A stretch of DNA of 64,000 nt from Eledone cirrhosa (Eukaryota), in assembly GCA_964016885.1 (NCBI GenBank), contig OZ024742.1, positions 85,746,001 to 85,810,000 on the forward strand, written 5' to 3'. Both the position numbers and the translations under genes were made by a program. Below are positions 39,860 through 52,789 of this stretch, piece by piece. Numbering within the stretch: the first letter of the stretch is position 1; each line of letters begins with the position of its first letter. The notes under the pieces are model-generated. The model saw only the letters and a program-made list of their open reading frames with translations. It searched no databases and was not told where the DNA came from.

Positions 39860-40270
39860 CAATGGCGTCTCATAAACAGCACTACCGCCCTCTCCCATTT
39901 CCGGTCGACTAAGAGATATGACGATCCCATAGTCGTCGAAAATTTATACTGGTGCTCTTGCATCGGAATTCTTGGACTCACTGACGGCTTTCACATCCAT
40001 ATCTTGTCACCTAATGTCGTTCTGCAAATGAGCCCTATTCTTGGACGACACCAGGTAACGAAAATTCAAACATCCTGCTCTTAAGCTGGTCATGCTGGCT
40101 GGTTGACTGTGGGAGAAAAGTTCTACCTACGTCCCGGGGATTTTAAATTCTATAAAAGACCTAGAGATTTAGATTCTTTTGTATGTGTGTAAGAGCTGCG
40201 CTCTTTCACCTATGTTAAACGAGTGATCCAGGAGTTGGAACACATGGGCTTCAAAACGCAGCTGCGCGTC
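39860..40270 (-). mobile_element. L1/Tx1-like fragment: ORF1 end and start of the APE endonuclease of ORF2
   Basis: From ATG at 40093: [40 protein letters not shown]...FDDY...GGSAVY, matching the APE pattern N.RGL / D+.A+.ET / GG.A. Confidence 0.6.
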
Positions 40271-42181
40271 TAATATACAGAACACGAGAAAAACATTTTT
40301 TTACGAATCAAATCAGCAAATATGATGGTAAAATAATGTCAATTATGATGTCATAACTGTCTAAAATAATCATTCAGAATTGAGTTTAGGGTAAGGGATA
40401 CAAAGAAAACACTGATCCGATAATTTAAATAAATTAAGTCACATCAGTATGCCCATTATTGGCATGACGGAGGACTAGTTGAAAAAACTCATTGCCATAA
40501 ACTTTAGAGTGGCAACTCAGTGACAGGTGAGGGTGTTGATCATTTGGCAAAAATCGCAGATACAATCACTTAAATTATCATTTTTTAGGGAATAGATTAT
40601 GAACAGTCCGGTACATCTTGCATTATTGTATTATTGATTTGGCATGACGACACAAGGAAATAACAATGCTTTGATCTTATGAAAAGCAAGTGTTAACAAA
40701 TTTCCTAAACTCTCCCAAATATTGATTATCTTTCATCTGCACGGTTTATCACGCATTTTCACGGTTTTCCTTACATATTCTTTATCGGATATTCATTTCA
40801 ACTTTCCATGCACACATGTCGATTTGCAACGAAATAGCTACGCCTGTTTGATTTTGTTTCTCGTTCAATACCTCAAGGTTTACGTTCTATAGGCCAATAA
40901 CTTTCGAACAATCATTTATGCGTGATGTATCTATAATCCAGGAATTTGATCTATGAAGATGCATTAACAGAATACTAATGGTTACCTCATTCAATTTCAC
41001 TATTCAAATAAGTCCTTGTGATATCCACCTCTCCTGTGTGCTTCACTTATCTTGAATGCGCACGTAATCACGTCATCGTTAAGCCTTCTGTTTAAAATGT
41101 ATTAGACATATAATATGTGGATTGCGGAGTGAAATCTTAATTCTCAACTAAAGTACAGATGAGAAATGTAGAATTAACATCGCGACTTTCAGAATGCTCC
41201 AGCTGTCTTATCTTTAGTGTCAAGCCCATAATTTCTAAATCTTTAAACCTTATCTTCATTTAGTGTCAGTGATAATTTCGGTTGATTCAATAATAAAAAT
41301 TATTTCCGTTATACAAGCACAGAAATCTCTAATGTAAAGGTTTATCATATATAGTTCCTTAAATATAATTATCTTCTAAATAACATGATGCATGTAGCGG
41401 AAGATACTAATAGATACATTTTTGTACCTCTATTTCGGGTCCCAGTCCACCTCCACACGAAGTAATAAGCATGTTAGAACAGCTTTCCATAACCACTTGT
41501 CAAACAATTAGCAATAGAATAATCTTCAAAAGGAAAAGTGTCCAGTATTTATAAGATGGGGTACCAGGGGTCATCAGAATGATTTGAACATGTCGGGCTC
41601 CTGACTTATAGTCATCATCAAGGTAAGTATGAAAAACGCACAGAAAGTCTAAATGTATGTTCATACCAAATTAAATGCCGGCGATAGTGCTAGCTAATCA
41701 GGTTTCCACCAAAGTCTATAATGAAGTCTCACTTTAATAAATTTTTTCATATGATGAATAATTCTGAAATGCGCATATACTAATCACGCCCACCGATAGT
41801 GAGATAGCTGGTATACAAGCACGATTATTTATGCTTACAGGGCACCGTTTTGTATAACCGTTTTGTATAAAAAAACTATACTTGTGCGTGTGAATATGCA
41901 TGTGTGTGTATGTGTTATTATACGTCTGTACGAAACTAAGAAGATATGTGTGTGTATATGTACGTAAGATAGTGTGTGCCTGCTTGTAATTAAGAAGGGA
42001 AACGTGAAGTGTGCGTATTTTGTTGGTCTTTATTAGCTGAAAGAGTATATGTTTCCGACCATAAGAGAGCCATAGGAATCTAGGGGTGTATGTATGAGCG
42101 CGTTTGTGATAACAGAAAGGGGATTTAAGGAATTGGTAAGGGGAGTGACTTCCTGTAGGAAACACAACCCAAAGAGGTAAA

Positions 42182-42690
42182 TCAGAATCTGTGCGGTCCT
42201 ACTGCGTGAGGCCTGTGATCTGTGATGTAAAAGGACGCCCAGGACTGAGACATGTAGGGGACAGTGACCAGGGAGTCGAAATGAGGGGTGACAGGATTAT
42301 CCAAACCGAGTCGAATGTCCCTCAAATGTTCAGCAAAACGGGCCACCAAGCGGGAATATCCGAGGGCACATAAAAAGCGGGTGGTGGTGCAAATGAAGGA
42401 GTGGCGGATACGGAATGAAGCGTTGGGGCCTGGGAGAGTGGTGAGGACAAGTGTTCCAGCAGGGACGAGAACAAAGATGAGAACCGAGTGGAGTTGTAGC
42501 AGAGGACAAGAAGGAACTGCGTAATATGAGTTCATGGAGTTTACGGGTGTGCTTAAAGGCGGTAATAGGTGGGTTAGGAAAAAGTGAGAAGTGACATGGT
42601 CGGAAGAGAGGGTGCGAAAGGAACGGAGAATATGTCACCGGCGTCGTAGGTGAATTGTGTGGTAGGTGAGAGGGAAAGGAAGGCGGGTGT
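42182..42690 (-). mobile_element. Decayed PLE GIY-YIG fragment
   Basis: [16 protein letters not shown]...[25 protein letters not shown] fits the PLE endonuclease pattern F.C / R..EH / PVA.HF. Confidence 0.7.
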
Positions 42691-42715
42691 TGGGAGTATA
42701 CACACACACACACAC

Positions 42716-42827
<112 letters not shown>

Positions 42828-44099
42828 CTATGCGCATGTGCTCGTGTGTGTGAGCACCCGTGTCTTCAAGTGAATGCAGTAATATCATTTTATTTTCGTT
42901 GTTCTTAATAATTGTGTTATCGACATCTTTCGTAAGTTTTGACTATTCGAACATCGGATCGCTGAATTTGCTTTGACGTATTTATGTTGCCCATTCTTCT
43001 ATTCAGCTTATCACTATATGGAAGGATATACATATTTTTGTCATATTTATTCATTTAAATTTTAACTAAATAACATTGGTGTAAACATGTTTTTTTTGTT
43101 ATGCTTGTCTATTCATTAATATTGAGTCCAGATTTCAGCTTAAATTATTAACCACTTTTGTATAGACATGTATTTCACAGGCGAATTGTGCTTATCTGTC
43201 TCGTCCAAGTATTTGCTTTACATTTTTTTTGTTATTTTGAGTTAACGTGAAAGCTGTTGCTTTTTGCCTTTTGTATATTTCAAGCTTATATAAAAATTGA
43301 ATGATCGTTTTTAATTTTCACACAGGTATGAAGGATATTTACTTACAACACAGCTCGTATGGAAATTTCAAAATTTTTATTTTCTAGTCTTTTCATCTAA
43401 TAACATATTTTGCATTGTATATCCAGAGAGATTCAGTCTCCGCAAAATATCTACATACACAGCAAACATTACAGTTCACCTGTAACATCCACATACCTAC
43501 ATGCAATCATATACATACACAGTTTAATAAAATACATTCACACATATTATGATCTTATATATATAAGTTGTATCTTCCGTATTAGAGAGGTTTAGGAATG
43601 GAGATAATCAAAGTTTATGTTTGTGGGCAAATGTGTATCAGTGCGTGTGTTGTTGTGTGAGTGTGCGTCTGTGTGAGCCTGTGTGCTCGTGTGTGTGCGT
43701 GTGTGCGCATGTGCATGCACGAGAATCCATGAACCGTGTCCTGGCTGCTGAGAGAGTGGAGTTTGTGTGTGAGCGTGCGCGAGTGACCTGACCGACGCAA
43801 GTGGGCGTGTAAGAACGTATATGTTTTTCTGCTTATACGTACATAACCACACCCCTAGCTACAGTCGCGAGAGGCTATGTTGAATGAGGAGGTAGTTAAA
43901 ATGGTACTAGCCTGTATAATTTATTACTTGGGTGCCACGCGAACACAACGAAACAAGAGAAGCAAGCACACATGGACGTTAGCCCTCAAATGTGTGCCGG
44001 CCCGTATGTGTGAGGTTTGTGATAAGGTATGTGTAGAAGTATATGTGTAGAAGTATATGTTTTGTAAAAGTGGGTGTGTATTGTGAAGTGGCTCGAGTG

Positions 44100-44510
44100 G
44101 GTTCATGAGAGGAGAGGGTGTCTAAGGACATGACTAAGGTGGCGATGAGTGTATCGAGGTATTGTGAGATGATTTGGGTTCGGCAGTTAAGGCTGAATCG
44201 ATAGGACGCCCAGGATTTTTAAGTTATGTATTTGGGGTAGGAAATAGATGGTGGGTGTGCAAAGGGTGCGTAATATAAGGATGGTGGCTGGCTGTGTGGG
44301 GCAGGAGAAAGGAAGATATAAGTTGGTGAATGGTGGAGGACACGAGATGTTGGCAGATAAAGTCTGGAGAAAACACGAATCATGATATTTACGTTGGGCC
44401 TCTGTCTTGTAGAGGTGCGCGTGCCATACCACCAAGGTGACAAAGTTTTCGGTGGGTTTGATGACAATGTCATTGTGACACCGTAGGATGTGAAGAGGGA
44501 AAAGATCGGC
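44100..44510 (-). mobile_element. Decayed PLE RT N-terminal fragment
   Basis: VVWHAHLYKTEAQRKYHDSCF...TPTIYFLPQIHN, followed by ISQYLDTLI. This fits the DKG..VVW / FY.LPKIHK / GRPIVS region. Confidence 0.65.
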
Positions 44511-45670
44511 TTGTGAAAACTTAATCGGTTAACAATATACCAAGGCTGATTCAACAATCATTGGGAATCGGTTTTCGCAATCACAATCATCATTTTTGTA
44601 AATCTAGAAACGTATCAAACAGTGGTTGGATGAGCCCGCGAAAAATAGAACCTTTAATTTGTCTTCATTTCAAATGATAGATATTCAGTTAAAGCTCATC
44701 GTGTATTTCATTACCTATACATTTAGATTTACATTATGTCAATGTTGTTTAATTTTCCAATAAAGCAGAAATATTATTTTTCAAGTAATTATCCTCATTT
44801 TCAATCAAATGCATGTTTGTCATTCCCGAAGGAAATAAATCCATTTGAAATAATATATCTCCAGGATTATAGCACAGTTCAGTAATCAATAATCATAAAT
44901 CTAGGAATCAAATAAAGCCACGTAATTTAATGATTATATGCAATTTGAACCAAAGTAAAATTTAAATAACTTTAAAATCTGATACGGCAATTATGTATAA
45001 ACTATATTTAATATCTACGATAGAATATTCATTACATGTATTTCAATTCCAAATTCTAACAAAGCTATACAGATGTTCCTTAATTTATATCTATTTTGAA
45101 CCGGTTTACTAATATGTCCAATATGTCATGCTATTGAAACAGCTACTAAATTATATTCCATGTAATTAATAATGAATTTATTCATAAACAAATATTTCTG
45201 AAAATATGTTGCCTTTGAATATTTTATTGATATATATATATATAGTAATATATTTTGCAACATAACATTAGATTTTATTGTTTATTTAAGCTTTTTCCGT
45301 AGAATTGAAATGAAAGCTAGATGCACTCATCATTTTAATTGCAATAAATTATGAATTGCTCCAAGAATTATAAGTTCGCCTCTGTTTTTCAAATATTATT
45401 TCATTTTGCGCTAACACATTATATCCACAAATAAATGCACGTGTGGATGTAGCAGAGGTAATATGAGCTATCTAACAAAATGCCAGGGTCGTAGTTGTTG
45501 ATGTATGAACTAATGTCTGACAAAAATGGATATGTAGTCTTTCCAAGCGAATCGTATATTTAATTGCTATTTTCACAACTTATTATTTTGTGATATATGT
45601 TTGCAAATATTAAATTGGAAGGCTTATGTATTGTAGACTATAATGGACGGATCACAGCGAGAAATATATA

Positions 45671-45750
<80 letters not shown>

Positions 45751-45752
<2 letters not shown>

Positions 45753-45928
45753 ATTATGTAATAAACAGCATCAGACAATTACTCCATTTACCAAAGGTTT
45801 CACGAAGACAGACAAGCACAATAGAGACGTCTTATAATGTCTTATGTTGTTTATTACATAATTAAATAGCTCTGTGGCATACATAGAACACTCTCCTTTC
45901 CTTTACCCTTCCTACGGAAATACTTCAT
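45751..45928. repeat. Short inverted repeat plus dispersed repeat related to 36034-36125 and 39410-39438
   Basis: taattatgtaataaacagcatcagaca (45751) pairs with tgtcttatgttgtttattacataatta (45838). 45838-45928 is the reverse complement of about 36034-36125. Confidence 0.7.
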
Positions 45929-47606
45929 ATATAGATATTATATATGTATATATATATATATATAAGTTTAAAAAAATGAAAACGAAATTTCATTTCTCAC
46001 TCTTAGTATGGCACTTACTTAAATGTAAGTATGTATGTATACGTACATACATATATGTGTACAGACGTACAGTAGCATGCATATATATATATATATACAT
46101 ATATATACACATATGCATACAGGTACACATACATATATGCACGCATCAGTTTAGCCGACGTTTATTATAACGCCTGCTTTGTTCGTTTGTTTGTCAACAA
46201 ATCGAACAGCCTGAATTTATGCCATACGGTGTTAAGGCAACCACGTCACCTTTTTGTTCAACACTGACACAGGAACGATGTACTAGTTTCAAGCTTGTTA
46301 GCTATCATCAGCACCGTTTACCCATCTGCGAGATAGTTGAGCGTTCGAAAGTATATACTTTCCTTATGAAAATTAACGGCTGCCCACCTCGGACCACCTC
46401 ACAACTAATATTACTAACATCTCCCGACCCAGCTTCCACCTCACCCACACAAACGAACACACACCATCAAACATACACACAGCCACACCTACGTACACAC
46501 CGATACACCACCGACTCCACACACCCAACCACCACTAACCCCACTTACACACCCGCATTCTATCCTTTCCCACAACCAGTAATACTAACACCCTATCTAC
46601 CACAAACACACTCATATCCAAACACGCACACCCACACACACCAGTACACAACACTCGCTCCTCCGTCCCCAACACCTTCTGTCTCACGCTCTCTCCCCCC
46701 GCTCCACCTACACCCGTCACACACACATCCCACTAACAGCACCCCTAATATACCAAACATCCCTCCCCACCACCACCTTCTCCCTCCACCTTTCACACCT
46801 ACCCACCACTCCCTGTCCACCGCACCTCCGCACATACAGTCCACACCACATACAGACCCTTTCTCTACCTGTCATCCTCCTCTACTGCAATCTCTTCACA
46901 CTGCCTGGACGCTCTGACCACTTCCTGTTGCGCGCGCACCCCACATCTCTCCACTTCCGCACTACCACACCAAGATTACACACCACCGGTCATCGTTCCA
47001 GCTATACATTCTACGACACGTGAAATCTCCAACATCTTGTCTCACACTCCATGGAAATACCGTAGGAACATACACACGATGAAATACATTATTTTCGAAC
47101 CACGCCACCTATATCCAAACCATATATAAACACAAACACACACTCAGCCTGCGGACTCCACACGCCAGCACCTCCCCCTCCCCCATCCCTTTACATCCAC
47201 ACGCAGGCACACACCGAGTTACACCCCACCCCATGTAGACACCGGTTTCCCGTTTACCTAAACATGGAACCTCGTTCTTCCCCCAACTCTCACATTAACA
47301 TACACACACAGACACACACACAGAGCTACACTTACATCCATAAACAAACACCAGCTTCACCTTCCCCGCTCGGACCTCCCGCCACCTCTCCCGTCTACCC
47401 CTCCACCCACGGCCACATTACACGCCTCACACCCCTTCACCACTTGTTTATTTTTATTTTTATTTGTATTTTTATTTGCACTTTTAAAAAATTTCCTTCA
47501 CTCTCTATAAAAATTGTTTTTTCTCCGTTTTCTCCCCACCCCTTTTTGTAAAATATCTTTCCACCACTACCCCACACACCCTCGGAACTCTCTTCCTACC
47601 CGCAGT

Positions 47607-47642
47607 TATCCTGATAAAGGGCTTCTGCCCGAAATGTCGTCC
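47607..47642 (+). ncRNA. Degenerate PLE-type minimal hammerhead motif
   Basis: CTGATAA a gggc-ttct-gccc GAAA TGTC at the end of a C/A-rich decayed element (about 46380-47720). Stem I is weak. Confidence 0.55.
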
Positions 47643-47775
47643 CCACCCCGCCCAATCTCAAGCGTGAAAGTAATACTAATATCATCTGTACTGATCTCTG
47701 TTTTTTTATTAAACTATATATATATAACAAAATAACAGGAGGCATGTTCTGGTGTAAATCCTCAAAAGGCTTATT

Positions 47776-47833
47776 TTACTATGATCATTTCAATGACCGG
47801 GTTCAGAATGAATCCGGTGACATCATCAAGTAA
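47776..47833 (-). ncRNA. Hammerhead motif (C3U variant)
   Basis: ttac TTGATGA tgtcaccgg..ccggtcatt GAAA tgatca TA gtaa. Confidence 0.6.
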
Positions 47834-48408
47834 TTCTAAATATAACGAAGGAAAATAGCAGATAAAAATCATTGGTGTTTAAATCAGAGACCAGAGGGCG
47901 GCCGGTATTTTAGCAACTTGTAGCTGCGTCGACCGCCCTCAAGTGCTGATAATTGAGTGAAGATACCACCCTGACAATTTATCGTGACTATATATATCAC
48001 ACCCAAACTTCTTCATAAAAGCCTCCTTATGTTAATTGTGACATCCACTCTATATATCAATTACACACACTCTCTATTTCTAACTCACTCTGTTAATCTC
48101 TTTGTTTTTCACTCTCCCGCACTCTCTCTGTGTTTTACTCTCTCTGTCACTTTCTATCTCCCTTTCATTCACACACACTCTCTCCCTTTTTAATCTTTAT
48201 GTCTGTTTGTCCTTGAAAAAACATATTTCGCGACAATATCGAACATGCCTGACCAGCCTGATTGACGCGTGACCTCAGCGCTAGCACTTCCATCTGACGG
48301 AATGGCTTACGCCCCTACACCATAAGTTAGTATATTTACCCAATTATCAGCACTTGAGTGTGGTCGACGCAGGATTTTTATCTGCTATTTTCCTTCGTTA
48401 TATTTAGA

Positions 48409-48468
48409 TTTACCTGATGATGTCACCGGATTCATACTGAACCCGGTCATTGTAATGATCATAGTAAA
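48409..48468 (+). ncRNA. Hammerhead motif (GAAA mutated to GTAA, probably inactive)
   Basis: tttac CTGATGA ... GTAA tgatca TA gtaaa, then AATAAA. Confidence 0.55.
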
Positions 48469-48645
48469 ATAAACCTTTCAAGGATTTACACCAGAACATG
48501 CCTCCTCTTATTTTGTAATAATTAACTCCTTACTCGCACCACCAACTACACAAAAGAAGAAGGGTGTTTGCATTACGTTGAGTGCTTTCCATAACATCAC
48601 ATTGACACAGAATGACCAGTTCTATCCGGTGGTGAATCAACGAAC

Positions 48646-48691
<46 letters not shown>

Positions 48692-48699
48692 TTCGCATC

Positions 48700-49751
48700 C
48701 TTGGTCAGGCATGTCGCTTTTTTCTCTCTCTCGTCTACGATTTCACAGAACTTACGTTCACCGAATTCGCAGACTAGATCCCTTCTTCCTCCCATTAGAC
48801 CTGTACGGAATTCCTTCCTTGCTCACATTCCAACCAGGTTTGCTGGTCTTTATTCTCTCTCGTTCACGATTTCACCGAATTTATATTCACAGAAATTTGG
48901 GACTTGACTCCTTCTTCCTCACTTTTCGTTGCTTCACCATCTTTGTTTGTTTACACTCTCGTGTCCTCTTTATTTACGTGTCCCAACGACTTTGTTTAGC
49001 CGTTGCTCGCACCAACCGGAGGTATATGGTCTTTAAAGCGATGAAATACCAATGATGGTTGGAAGATCACTGATGAAGGACTAACTTTATTCATAGGTAA
49101 CCCATTAGCAACCACGCAGCACGTTTATTCTCATATTTACACATATTTTTTCCCCCGCTGTGACCCGTGTATTTCGTTCTTACTGCTTCCTCTTTCTCTG
49201 TATCTTTACCCTCTCTAACAGTCACTCTCTCTGTTAGCCTCTTCCTCACCCTTCACACACTCACTCTCTGTTACTACCTCTCCTCCTCCTCCTTCTTCCC
49301 GTATGACCTGTGCGTAATTCTTTTCTTTCATACCCTTGGTCAGGCAGGTCGCTTTTTTTCTGTCTCTCGTCTACGATTTCACAGAACTTACGTTCACCGA
49401 ATTCACAGACTAGATCCCTTCTCCCTCCCGTTAGACCTTTATGGAATTCGTTCCAACCAGGTTTGATGGTCTTTATTCTCTCTCGTTCACGATTTCACCG
49501 AATTTATATTCATGGAAATTCGGGACTTGACTCCTTCTTCCTCACTTTTCGTTGCTTCACCATCTTTGCTTGTTTACACTCTCGTGTCCCCTTTATTCAC
49601 GTGTCCCAACGACTTTTTTTAGCCGTTGCTCGCACCAACCGGACGTATATGGTCTTTAAAGCGATGAAATACCAATGATGGTTGGAAGATCACTGATTAA
49701 GGACTAAATTTATTCATATGTAACCCATTAGCAACCACGCAGCACGTTTAT

Positions 49752-49757
<6 letters not shown>
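48700..49757 (+). repeat. Tandem direct repeat of about 430 bp (48700-49135 and 49336-49757) between (TA)n tracts
   Basis: Direct comparison. Both copies end in ...ARTNR.YMVFKAMKYQ*. Confidence 0.9.
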
Positions 49758-49809
<52 letters not shown>

Positions 49810-49864
49810 CTATAAAATAACAGGAGGCTGGAGTGGACTGGTGTAATTCCTGAAAAGGTTTATT

Positions 49865-49922
49865 ATACTATGATCATTTCAATGACCGTGTTCAGTATGG
49901 ATCCGGTGACATCATCAGGTAT
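49865..49922 (-). ncRNA. Type I hammerhead, intact core
   Basis: atac CTGATGA tgtcaccgg..cggtcatt GAAA tgatca TA gtat, then AATAAA. Confidence 0.7.
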
Positions 49923-51741
49923 TCGAAATATAACAAAGGAATATAATAGACAAAATCCATGGTGCTGAAATAAGAGACATGAGGGCGGCCGACCATTTAT
50001 CACCTACTAGCCCGGTCGACCGCCTTCAAGTGATGATTATTAAGTCTACTGATATCATTGTGTCAGAGGGGCGTAGGCTTATAGTGCACTACTATCAACC
50101 TGTGAAAGACAGAGGCCAACGGTAGGATCATGTTACATTCCATCTGGTCATGATTTCTAGAAAGTGCTGCCAAAAATATTTAAAAAAAAAGATAATTCCT
50201 TAAGAAAGCTATATGCAAAGCTATGTATTGACTGAATTCTCTAGCCTATATTTCAGGGTTTTTTGGATCCACATTGAAGAGTAAGACTCGAACCTGCATT
50301 AGGTATCACGTAATACCTCTCCAACTCCTCCATCCTCTACATCTATATGCTTAACCTTGTATTCTCCAACTGTAATATCTATTGTGCTTGATTTGCATTT
50401 TATTTCCTATGTATTTTGACTTCTTCCATATGTTCTTATATACTTCCATTTTACTCATTCTATTACCAGCCTAGGTATGAAGGCATTTTTTTATACATCT
50501 TACTTATGTTGTTATTTATGTTATTTATGTTTTTATTTATTCGCACGACCCTAGAATATTACTCTCTCTACCCTTATATCTGTGTGTCTTTATTCACTCC
50601 CCCTACCCACTCAATATACCTACTACATATAACCCGGACTAACTGAGGACAGACTATAGTTTATTTGCACGTTGCATCAGATTTCGCCACTTTTAAACTA
50701 ATAATCGTTTGGTATACGCGATGATCCGACGTTTATGGCGGCTTTCCCGACTCCACGCCAGGTGCTCGGGTCGATTAGCCTTCCTAGAGTGCTTGGAAAA
50801 ATTAAATTTCCCCTCTTCCGGTAAACGAATATACTCGGAACGGCTATTTCGTCCTGGGGCCCTGTCAGACTTGGAATCCGCCATGCCACCGGGTATTGAC
50901 CGCCAAACAGTATCTTTAAATTCTAGGCTTAATCATAACTTTTAACTTTATCATGCCTCCTTCTACTAGCACTCAACTAAATCCCCCAACAGTGTGAATA
51001 ACTAGTAATCGCTAGGTATATACGAAAGCCAGCTTGCGGTGGCGGACTTCCCGCTAGCACACCCGGCGCCTTAAACAGTTAACATTCCTGGAGTGCCTTG
51101 GGAAATTACATTTCTGTTTCTGTCTCTAGAGGAAAATACTCGGAACGGTTGACACGCCGTCGGGCCCCGGGCTGGCCAAGAGTCTGCAACGTCAGCGGTT
51201 AATGTCCGCTGAGCATGGGCTTAATCTTGACTCTATATTCCACCCTGAAACTTTATCGTGACTATATATAATACACTTATACTTTTTCTTAAAAGCCTCC
51301 TTCTGTAAATTCTTTAACTTAATGTCCCAAACTTAAGCCTAAATCTTACTTTTCTAATTTCATATTAAATGGCTTCTTTTAACTCTAAACATAATGTTAC
51401 CGTTTATAATTGATAATCGTAATTTCTGACCATACAATGTACTGTGCTGACGCCTTTGTTAAGGAAATATCTTTTTTTTTTTAATAATTTTCGCAGCACT
51501 TCCTAGCAATCATGACCAGCTTGAATGTACCCTAATCCCACCGCTGGCCTTTGTCCTTGACAGGTTGATAGTAGTGTACTATAAGCCTACGCCCCTCCAC
51601 CACAAGGACATAAGTAGACTTAATAATTATCACTTGAGTGCGGTTTACCGGGCTAGTAGTTGCTAAATGGTCGGCCGCTCTCATGTCTCTGACTTTCAGC
51701 ACCATGGATTTTGTCTATTATATTCCTTTGTTATATTTCGA

Positions 51742-51799
51742 ATACCTGATGATGTCACCGGATTCATACTGAACGCGGTTATTGAAATGATCATAGTAT
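51742..51799 (+). ncRNA. Type I hammerhead, intact core
   Basis: atac CTGATGA ... GAAA tgatca TA gtat, with AATAAA at 51800. Confidence 0.7.
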
Positions 51800-52000
51800 A
51801 ATAAACCTTTTAAGGAATTACACCAGTCCAGCCTCCTGTTAGTTTATAATAATTAACTCCGTACTTGCACCACCTACAACACAAACGAAGACAGGTGAGT
51901 TGCATTACGTCGAGTTATCTCCATAATATTACATTGAGGTTGACCATACGGAATGACTAGTTCTATCCAGTGGTGAACCAACAAACCTAAATAAAAAAAG

Positions 52001-52072
<72 letters not shown>

Positions 52073-52194
52073 AAGATAGACATAGAATATTCGAAAATAT
52101 TCTGTATGTTTATAATAAACATTTTGAAGACCTAATCGCTATAGAATAGAATACGTCACGTATTACAATTAGATTCTCGATAAAAGCAAGGGAA

Positions 52195-52237
52195 GTAACC
52201 TACGCGTTTCATTCTTATTAGAAATCTTCAGGATTAC
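52195..52237 (-). ncRNA. Type I hammerhead ribozyme, copy 1
   Basis: Reverse complement of 52747-52789. Confidence 0.82.
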
Positions 52238-52504
52238 ATATCCAGTGCTTTTATCGAGAATGACACAGCTAGAGACTTATAGAATACTTAGCTGTGTACA
52301 GGAACTGGTTTGAAAGAGCGGTTGCCGGTCCGGCAGAAATTAGAAATTGGAATAAATGCTCTGAAATAGCGATATATATGTGAAGATAGACATAGAATAT
52401 TCGAAAATATTCTGTATGTTTATAATAAACATTTTGAAGACCTAATCGCTATAGGATAGAATACGTCACGTATTACAATTAGATTCTCGATAAAAGCAAG
52501 GGAA

Positions 52505-52547
52505 GTAACCTACGCGTTTCATTCTTATTAGAAATCTTCAGGATTAC
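52505..52547 (-). ncRNA. Type I hammerhead ribozyme, copy 2
   Basis: Identical to copy 1 and exactly 310 nt away. Confidence 0.82.
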
Positions 52548-52746
52548 ATATCCAGTGCTTTTATCGAGAATAACACAGCTGGAGACTTATATGTCTATCT
52601 TCACATATATATCGCTATTTCAGAGCATTTATTCCAATTTCTAATTTCTGCCGGACCGGCAACCGCTCTTTCAAACCAGTTCCTGTACACAGCTAAGTAT
52701 TCTATAAGTCTCTAGCTGTGTCATTCTCGATAAAAGCACTGGATAT

Positions 52747-52789
52747 GTAATCCTGAAGATTTCTAATAAGAATGAAACGCGTAGGTTAC
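52747..52789 (+). ncRNA. Type I hammerhead ribozyme, copy 3
   Basis: gtaatc CTGAAGA t-ttct-aata-agaa-t GAAA cgcg TA ggttac. Stem I is extended by gga/tcc and a 16-bp helix attctcgataaaagca/tgcttttatcgagaat. Confidence 0.82.

Larger units (their letters stand above)
47728..48648 (+). mobile_element. Non-autonomous hammerhead-bearing element, copy A (inverted 5' arm, internal region, 3' arm plus tail, then (TA)n)
   Basis: 47728-47965 pairs with 48338-48515. Internal 47966-48035 and tail 48517-48648 match 51240-51312 and 51848-51988. Confidence 0.8.
49813..51988 (+). mobile_element. Non-autonomous hammerhead-bearing element, copy B (about 2.2 kb)
   Basis: About 310-bp inverted arms 49813-50121 and 51540-51846. 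Tail as in copy A. (TA)n on both sides. No RT or endonuclease motifs visible inside. Confidence 0.8.

Noticed and set aside
41420-41630. Possible host exon ending at a CAAG|GTAAGT donor
   Set aside because: All plus-strand frames contain stops just upstream, and no partner exons were found.
46219-46917. 232-aa Pro/Thr/His-rich ORF
   Set aside because: Low-complexity C/A-rich sequence that lacks stops for compositional reasons.
49069-49110. CTGATGAAGGAC hammerhead start
   Set aside because: No complementary stem II or GAAA follows, and the second copy reads CTGATTAA.
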